A stretch of 32,000 bases of DNA from Candidatus Hadarchaeales archaeon. GTDB taxonomy: Archaea > Hadarchaeota > Hadarchaeia > Hadarchaeales > Hadarchaeaceae. Positions 26,616-32,000 of this stretch are shown piece by piece. The DNA is taken from contig JAWBCC010000001.1 in NCBI GenBank assembly GCA_038823825.1, forward strand, positions 150,001 to 182,000, written 5' to 3'. The position numbers and the translations under genes are program-made. Under the pieces are notes generated by a model, which was given only the letters and a program-made list of their open reading frames with translations, made no database searches and was not told the DNA's origin. The stretch's first letter is position 1. The number at the start of each line of letters is the position of its first letter.

Positions 26616-27105
26616 ATTTCTTTGCCTCGTAAATCATATCACAGATTTCTCTTACGGCTCCTCTCCCACCTGGATTTTTTGTCACGTAGTCGGCCTCTCT
26701 CACTACTTCAGGCATGCTACCTTTTGGCGCAATCGACAATCCGGCAAACCTCATGCATTCGAGATCCGGGGTGTCGTTTCCGACGAAGCAAGCTTCCTGC
26801 GGAAGAACTTTCTCTCTTTCCAAGATTTTCTTGAAGGCATTTAGTTTGTTTTTCTCACCCGTCACGCATTCCAATCCTAGTTTTGCGCATCTCTTTTCGA
26901 CAATCGGATTTATCTCCGAGCTTATTACAACGGTTTTGACGCCGATCTCTTTCAGTTTTTGCAATCCAATTCCGTCTGATCTCCAACAGCAGACCATCTC
27001 TCTTCCGTCTTGATCGACGTAAACCTTGTTGTCTGTGAAAACTCCGTCGAAATCGAAGGCTACCAGCTTTATCCTCTTCAGTTTTTCTCTGCTAGGTTTC
27101 TTCAT
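26584..27105 (-). CDS. HAD-IIIA KdsC-family sugar-acid phosphate phosphatase
   Basis: KLVAFDFDGVFTDNKVYVDQDGREMV (DxD nucleophile motif), SDGIGLQKL, VVISSE, NKL.AF, FVGNDTPDLECM, ADYVTKNPGGRGAVREICDMI, which is near-colinear with KdsC/YrbI. ATG 27105 is preferred over TTG 27108. The 3' end overlaps the NANS-like gene by 32 nt. Confidence 0.85.
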   Translation of the reverse strand: MKKPSREKLKRIKLVAFDFDGVFTDNKVYVDQDGREMVCCWRSDGIGLQKLKEIGVKTVVISSEINPIVEKRCAKLGLECVTGEKNKLNAFKKILEREKVLPQEACFVGNDTPDLECMRFAGLSIAPKGSMPEVVREADYVTKNPGGRGAVREICDMIYEAKKSTTREPQVER

Positions 27106-27171
27106 CAAAAGAACTTGATAACCTCATGCTTTTAAGAATCGTTAATAAAATCGAACCTCCTAATTTAATGG

Positions 27172-28596
27172 ATGCGGACAATCTTCATGACGATTCCGGA
27201 TTGGTTTTCGGCCAGAAATATCATCCAAACCGACGCCTTCAGGATATTAAAATCTCAGGAGGACCTGCGGATAGTGGTATTTTCCCCTTTTGCTGGCGGA
27301 AGATCTTGTCTGGAAGATTTGCCGGGCGTGAAAGGGGAGAATGTGATTTTTGAGGATCAGGCCAGATATCTACCAAATTTCGTGGAAAGGCTGTTCAGGA
27401 AGATGCAGGAACTGATCGTTTTCAACATAAATTACGTAGAAAACGTTTGGTTTAAGGAAAAATATCTGATGAGGGAAAATCTTCTGCTCTACTCGTCTTT
27501 TGAGGTTCTCAAAAGAATTCTTGGAAAGAGAAGGTTTCTTCTGAGGTATCTTGACTCTTTAGATTGGCTATTGGCAAGTCCGAAGCACTCGAGATATCTG
27601 GAACTCTTCAGGAAATACAAACCGGACCTTGTTTTTTCAACAAACATACTGAGGCATACAGATTGGAAGCTCGTGCAAACAGCCCGCAGAGCAGGGGTTC
27701 CAGTAATCTCAATGGTTGCGAATTGGGATCATCTCACAAAGGGGATTCTTCCGCCCTCAGATTTCGTCATCGCTTGGAGCGAGTTCAACAGGAAGGAGTT
27801 AATGTCTTACTATGGGTATCATCCGAATCAGATCGCGATTGTCGGAATCCCGCATCAGGATTATTTTGTAAGAGTAAACCCCGAGGAGGCTAAAAGGAAG
27901 ATAAGAACGGAGCTCGGACTCAAAGAGGAAAAACTTATCCTTTACACAACTGCTCGGAGCATATATTACGAGCCTGAAATAGTGGAGATTTTATGCGAGG
28001 CGGTTAGAAAGGGCGAAATCAATTTCCCGGTTCACGTTCACGTCCGCGTTCATCCGGAGGACAACTACGCCAGATATAGGCACATAGAGGAGAAGTATGG
28101 CGATTTTGTGACCTTTGAGGGCGGAGGTAAGACCTTGGTTCCAAGAGTCTATTCCGTGAAGGCTCAGACCGAAATGGATACGAGGGGTAAAATGTGGCTA
28201 CCTGATGAAGGAGATATGATTCACTATGCTGAGCTTCTCTACTCGTGCGATGTTGCTGTCAATATTGCTTCGTCCGTTACCTTGGACTCTGTTGCCGTGG
28301 ACAAGCCAACAGTCAATATAGCCTTTGACGGATATCGGGAAAGGCCATTCATAGAGTCGACGAGGAGATACTTTTACACCACGCACTACAAAGTAGTTGC
28401 GAAGTCTGGTGGGGTTAAAATCGCGAGGAATCCGAAAGAGCTTGTCGATTTCATAAACATGTATCTGGAGAATCCGGAGCTAGACAGGGAAGGGAGAAGG
28501 AAAATTGTCGAGGAAAGCGGGGGACCGATTGATGGGAAATGTGGAGAGAGAATCGCAAAGGCTGTTTTAGAATTCCTAAAGAAGACGAGTGGATAA
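27172..28596 (+). CDS. Hypothetical GT-B-fold protein, TagF/CDP-glycerol glycerophosphotransferase-like; candidate glycan transferase
   Basis: 474 aa with no TM segment. Weak family-like patterns: KPDLVFSTN, GVPVISMVANWDH, KLILYTTARS, VRVHPED, LLYSCDVAVNIASSVTLDSVAVDKPTVNIAFDGY. A TATA-like 'ttaataaaa' lies ~26 nt upstream. Confidence 0.4.
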   Translation: MRTIFMTIPDWFSARNIIQTDAFRILKSQEDLRIVVFSPFAGGRSCLEDLPGVKGENVIFEDQARYLPNFVERLFRKMQELIVFNINYVENVWFKEKYLMRENLLLYSSFEVLKRILGKRRFLLRYLDSLDWLLASPKHSRYLELFRKYKPDLVFSTNILRHTDWKLVQTARRAGVPVISMVANWDHLTKGILPPSDFVIAWSEFNRKELMSYYGYHPNQIAIVGIPHQDYFVRVNPEEAKRKIRTELGLKEEKLILYTTARSIYYEPEIVEILCEAVRKGEINFPVHVHVRVHPEDNYARYRHIEEKYGDFVTFEGGGKTLVPRVYSVKAQTEMDTRGKMWLPDEGDMIHYAELLYSCDVAVNIASSVTLDSVAVDKPTVNIAFDGYRERPFIESTRRYFYTTHYKVVAKSGGVKIARNPKELVDFINMYLENPELDREGRRKIVEESGGPIDGKCGERIAKAVLEFLKKTSG

Positions 28597-28599
28597 GGA

Positions 28600-29592
28600 A
28601 TGCCGTTCAATGTGGTATTTTTCACAGAAGGTGGAGAAAACGCAGGTTTTGGTCACATAACTAGATGCAGGGCTCTTTCCGATGCTTTTGAAGAGGTTGG
28701 TAGGGAGACCACTTTCGTTGTAAAAGGCGATGAAAAAATCGTCAAGTTTCTAAATAGGGACGTAGTTTTGGAAAATTGGATCGATGATTTCGAGACGTTC
28801 AAAAGCTTTCTTTCTTCCGCCGATCTTGTTGTGATAGACTCGTACTTGGCGTCGCTAGACCATTACCGGTGGGCAAGTGAGTTAAAAAGGTGTCTATTTG
28901 TTGACGATTTCAGAAGATTGGACTATCCGCCAAAAAGCATCGTCTTGAATGGAAGCATCTACGCTGAGAAGCTGAGATATCCAAAAAGGAAGGGTGTTCG
29001 ATATTTATTGGGTTCAAAGTTCGCACCGCTTAGAAGGGCTTTCTGGGAGGTTGAAGAAAAAGTTGTAAATCCGGAGATCGAAAAAATTTTTGTCAGTTTT
29101 GGTCTAAATGACACGAGGAGATTGATACCGTCAGTGGTGAAAACTCTTTCCGAGAAATTTCCACAGTGTGAGCTATGCGTTGTCGTAGACCCACAGTCGC
29201 CGAGTGGAAAGAAGTTGCTTTCGATGGATTTGAAAAACGTGAAGATTTTCGGAAACTTATCCGCGGAAGAGATGAAGGAACTCATGCTTGAATGCGATGT
29301 TGCCGTGAGTGCTGGAGGTCAGACTACATATGAACTCGCCAGAGTTGGAGTACCTTCTGTTCTCATAGCCGTGGCGGAAAATCAGCTCTTGAACTGTAAG
29401 GGTTGGCAGGGGGCTGGATTCGCTTATTACGTTGGTTTTGCCGGAAGTGAGAATACACTCCGAAAAATAATCGAGCACCTGAAAAAACTTGAAGACGAAA
29501 AAATTAGGTCAAAGATGAGTAAAATTGGGAGAAAATATGTCGACGGGCAGGGGGCTAGAAGAGTTGTTAAAGAATTTCAGAATAGTGGATGA
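28600..29592 (+). CDS. pseG: PseG/SpsG-family UDP-sugar hydrolase (UDP-2,4-diacetamido-2,4,6-trideoxy-beta-L-altropyranose hydrolase-like)
   Basis: VVFFTEGGENAGFGHITRCRALSDAF (the family's GxGHxxR motif), LVVIDSY, VSFGLNDTRRL, DVAVSAGGQTTYELARVGVPSVLI. Starts 3 nt after the upstream stop. Confidence 0.75.
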   Translation: MPFNVVFFTEGGENAGFGHITRCRALSDAFEEVGRETTFVVKGDEKIVKFLNRDVVLENWIDDFETFKSFLSSADLVVIDSYLASLDHYRWASELKRCLFVDDFRRLDYPPKSIVLNGSIYAEKLRYPKRKGVRYLLGSKFAPLRRAFWEVEEKVVNPEIEKIFVSFGLNDTRRLIPSVVKTLSEKFPQCELCVVVDPQSPSGKKLLSMDLKNVKIFGNLSAEEMKELMLECDVAVSAGGQTTYELARVGVPSVLIAVAENQLLNCKGWQGAGFAYYVGFAGSENTLRKIIEHLKKLEDEKIRSKMSKIGRKYVDGQGARRVVKEFQNSG

Positions 29593-29740
29593 AATCGTTT
29601 TGCTAAAGACTTGAGAAACAGTAGTTGGACTCCGGAAGTGGATGGATAAACTCCAATTTGGCTAAAAAGTCGTAAATCTCAAAAATTTATTGCAAGATTA
29701 ATATAGTCAATTGGTAGACTCAAGTATGGGAGGAATCCAG

Positions 29741-30469
29741 ATGGGTGAGAGCAAAAACATCGTTGTCGCCACAATCAAAAGCTGGAATATTAGGCTGGCA
29801 GAAAAACTTCAAAAAGAATTGGAAGGGAAATACAATGTATATATCATGACAAAGAAAGAGGATTTGTCGCCTGAGAATCTAGAGAACATTCGACCGATTT
29901 ACATCTTTTTTCCCCATTGGTCTTGGATTATTCCACCAGAGGTGTATACGAGATTTGAATGTATAGGTTTTCACATTACAGACTTACCGTATGGTCGAGG
30001 AGGAAGTCCACTACAAAATTTGATTTTGAAAAAGAAATACGAAACAAAAATAACAGCTTTTCGGATCGGCAGAGACATAGATGCTGGGGAAATTTATTTG
30101 AAAGTCCCATTTTACATAGGATTGGGTAGCGCAGAGGAAATTTTTATTAAAGCATCTGAGATCATTTTCACAAAAATGATTCCTCAAATTTTAGAATCCA
30201 GACCAATTCCTGTACCACAAACGGGGGAAGTAGTAATTTTCAAAAGAAGAAGCCCAGAGGAAAGTAATTTAGCAGGAGCAGATATTAAAAATCTCGATGA
30301 TCTTTATGATTTCATAAGAATGTTGGACGCTGAGGGATACCCCAGAGCTTTCATTAAGATAAATAATGTGGTAATCTTGTTTTCAGAAGCACACAAGAAG
30401 GAAGGAAAAGTAGTTGGGAGGTTTGAGGCAGTTGAAGAACAAAATTCTGGCTATAGTAGCGCACCCTGA
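29741..30469 (+). CDS. Formyltransferase-family protein (Fmt N-terminal-domain-like), associated with the nonulosonate locus
   Basis: FFPHWSWIIPPEVY..ECIGFHITDLPYGRGGSPLQNLIL...AFRIGRDIDAGEIY resembles the H-x-S/T-x-LP-x-x-RG and DxG motifs of formyl transferases. ATG 29741 is preceded by GGGAGGA; the track's alternative is TTG 29711. Confidence 0.65.
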   Translation: MGESKNIVVATIKSWNIRLAEKLQKELEGKYNVYIMTKKEDLSPENLENIRPIYIFFPHWSWIIPPEVYTRFECIGFHITDLPYGRGGSPLQNLILKKKYETKITAFRIGRDIDAGEIYLKVPFYIGLGSAEEIFIKASEIIFTKMIPQILESRPIPVPQTGEVVIFKRRSPEESNLAGADIKNLDDLYDFIRMLDAEGYPRAFIKINNVVILFSEAHKKEGKVVGRFEAVEEQNSGYSSAP

Positions 30470-31109
30470 TGATGAAATTTTAGGATGTGGTGGAACTCTA
30501 GCCAAGTTTGCAAAACAGGGATGGGAAGTATATGTGCTGAGTCTTAGTCGCGGCGTAACTTCGCGATACGAAAGTGAAGAAAAAAGTAGCAAAAAAAAGA
30601 TTAGTGAGTTAGAAATTCAGGCTCGAGAGGCAAATAAGATAATTGGCACAAAGCGACTTTTCATGCTCGATTTTCCAGACAATATGTTTGATACAATACC
30701 CCTACTTAAAATTGTAAAATCAATTGAAAAAATTAAAAACATGATACGTCCTAGTTTTGTTTTTACTCACTTCAGAGAGGATCTCAATATTGATCATAGA
30801 ATAACATATGAGGCAACTATTACTGCAATGAGGCCTTTACCTAATGAAACCGTGAAAGAGATACTTTCCTTCGAAATAATGTCTTCAACGGAATGGCGGT
30901 ACCCCACTCGTTTTTCACCAAATGTATTTGTCGATATATCGGATACGATTGATCTAAAGCTTCATGCCATGGAGGCCTACAAAGAGGAGTTGAGAACACC
31001 TCCTCACCCCCGCTCTCTCGAAACTATAAAATTTAATGCGGCAGTTTGGGGAAGTAAAGTTGGTCTAAAATTTGCCGAAGCCTTTGAATTAATACGGAAA
31101 GTATGCTAA
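30432..31109 (+). CDS. PIG-L/LmbE-family N-deacetylase
   Basis: ILAIVAHPDDEILGCGGTLAKFAKQG (the PIG-L signature AHPDDE) and a later HxDH (NIDHR). There is no ATG upstream of the signature, so a TTG start is required. TTG 30432 lies 9 nt after GGGAGGT (30416-22); the alternative is TTG 30414. Overlaps the upstream gene by 38-56 nt. Confidence 0.8.
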   Translation: MKNKILAIVAHPDDEILGCGGTLAKFAKQGWEVYVLSLSRGVTSRYESEEKSSKKKISELEIQAREANKIIGTKRLFMLDFPDNMFDTIPLLKIVKSIEKIKNMIRPSFVFTHFREDLNIDHRITYEATITAMRPLPNETVKEILSFEIMSSTEWRYPTRFSPNVFVDISDTIDLKLHAMEAYKEELRTPPHPRSLETIKFNAAVWGSKVGLKFAEAFELIRKVC

Positions 31110-31125
31110 TTTATGGTCTGATAGA

Positions 31126-31725
31126 ATGAAGCAGAAACACGGAAACTTGGCAAATTTACGTCTGAAAAAATTCAAAATTGATGATATAGAGCTGATTAAT
31201 TTCGTGAATTTAAACAAAGACGAGAAGAACATCGTTTTGAAGATGAGAAATCATGATACAGTGAGGAAGTGGATGTATAATAATAGGATCATCTCGCCGC
31301 ACGAACATTACCGTTTTATTTGGTCTCTCAAAAAAGATTCAAAAAACTTCTATTTTTTGGTCAGGAGGCAAAACAAATTTATGGGGGTAGTGTATCTAAC
31401 CAGAGTGGATTTCATGAACAGAAACGGATATTTGGGTCTGTATGCGAATCCTTTTTTTTCTGAGAAAAAAATTGGAACAATTTTGGGAAATATTCTTCTA
31501 AAACTTGCTTTCGACATTGCGGGACTTCACACTCTGAAGCTGGAGGTCATAGAGGACAACGAGAGGGCGATACATCTATATAAAAAATTGGGTTTTGTCG
31601 AAGAAGGAAGGTTGAGAGAATTTGTCTTCAGAGATGGAAAGTGGAAAGACGTAATTATTATGGGAATGACCGAAGAGGAATATCGGAGAAAGCGTCATGA
31701 AAGTGGAGTTGAAAATAGGAGATAG
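31126..31725 (+). CDS. pseH: PseH-like GNAT N-acetyltransferase
   Basis: LNKDEKNIVLKMRNHDTVRKWM...ISPHEHYRFIWSLKKDSKNFYFLV....GVVYLTRVD..NRNGYLGLYANP...AIHLYKKLGF matches the layout of C. jejuni PseH as I recall it (WRNHP...FM, EEHLRFL..L..D..KKYFLV, FGLYAKP). Confidence 0.75.
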   Translation: MKQKHGNLANLRLKKFKIDDIELINFVNLNKDEKNIVLKMRNHDTVRKWMYNNRIISPHEHYRFIWSLKKDSKNFYFLVRRQNKFMGVVYLTRVDFMNRNGYLGLYANPFFSEKKIGTILGNILLKLAFDIAGLHTLKLEVIEDNERAIHLYKKLGFVEEGRLREFVFRDGKWKDVIIMGMTEEEYRRKRHESGVENRR

Positions 31726-32000
31726 AATAATCGGCGAGGGGCATCCAGTATTCATAGTCGCCGAGCTTTCCGCAAATCATCTTCAAAAGTTGGACTTGGC
31801 GAAAGAAACGATAAAAGCCATGAAAAAGGCGGGCGCGGACGCGGTAAAGCTCCAGACTTACACTCCCGATACGCTTACGATAAACTCAAAAAAGGATTAT
31901 TTTAAAATCAAACAGGGGACGCCTTGGGACGGCCACTATCTCTACGATCTCTACAAACAGGCTTACATGCCTTGGGAATGGCACGAGGAGTTATTTGATC
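31697..32000 (+). CDS. pseI: Pseudaminic acid synthase, 3'-truncated by the window edge (not in the ORF track)
   Basis: My translation from ATG 31697: MKVELKIGDRIIGEGHPVFIVAELSANHLQKLDLAKETIKAMKKAGADAVKLQTYTPDTLTINSKKDYFKIKQGTPWDGHYLYDLYKQAYMPWEWHEELFD. AELSANH, AGADAVKLQTYTPDTLT and LY.LY..A..PWEWH are PseI hallmarks. 29-nt overlap with pseH. Confidence 0.85.
   Translation, partial: MKVELKIGDRIIGEGHPVFIVAELSANHLQKLDLAKETIKAMKKAGADAVKLQTYTPDTLTINSKKDYFKIKQGTPWDGHYLYDLYKQAYMPWEWHEELFD

Noticed and set aside
30591-30598. Homopolymer tracts as possible slipped-strand phase-variation switches: A8 in the PIG-L gene at 30591-30598, and T8 at 31452-31459 plus A7 at 31465-31471 in pseH.
   Set aside because: They sit in a ~35% GC stretch where such runs are expected by composition (Lys and Phe codons). 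There is no population or read data to show length variation, and this mechanism is not established in archaea.

Overview
This looks like an archaeal chromosomal segment. Three things support that: an intron-containing tRNA-Arg(TCT) with encoded CCA, a PGF-pre-PGF-type surface-protein domain, and a His-type Thi4. First genes of operons appear leaderless and sit behind A/T-rich TATA-like boxes, while internal genes have strong GGAGG Shine-Dalgarno (SD) sites. GC is roughly 47% by hand counts. All function calls come from motif recognition by eye; no searches were run.

Content from left to right:
1. Two convergent cell-surface genes (1-5857) share an unnamed ~95-aa 'YYWRVRA' module. One of them is an unusual fusion of an NPP-type phosphodiesterase, a GH13 alpha-amylase and a carbohydrate-binding module (CBM).
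2. A tight alpha-glucan operon follows: glgA, glgB (GH13), GH57/DUF3536-like, malQ (5954-12770).
3. Housekeeping genes come next: gatC-like/gatA; a 50-aa 7-Cys ORF missing from the supplied ORF track, joined through TAATG to an AmmeMemoRadiSam-type radical SAM gene; a phosphohexosamine/hexose mutase; tRNA-Arg; thi4; purU.
4. From about 19.0 kb to the window end lies a composite nonulosonic-acid (sialic-acid-like) glycan island. It has a Wzx-type flippase and an operon of PtmA-like SDR, aldehyde dehydrogenase, fused transketolase and CMP-sugar synthetase. It also has an animal-NANS-like 9-phosphate synthase with a KdsC-type phosphatase, and an orphan TagF-like GT-B protein. It ends with pseG, a formyltransferase, a PIG-L deacetylase, pseH and pseI (truncated at the window edge). 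The formyltransferase, deacetylase and pseH lie on a distinctly low-GC (~35%) patch.

I saw no CRISPR array, transposase, integrase or recognisable defence genes.

The best candidates for new biology are the SDR-ALDH-transketolase module wired into nonulosonate activation, the amylase-phosphodiesterase fusion, and the Cys-rich micro-ORF coupled to the radical SAM enzyme.
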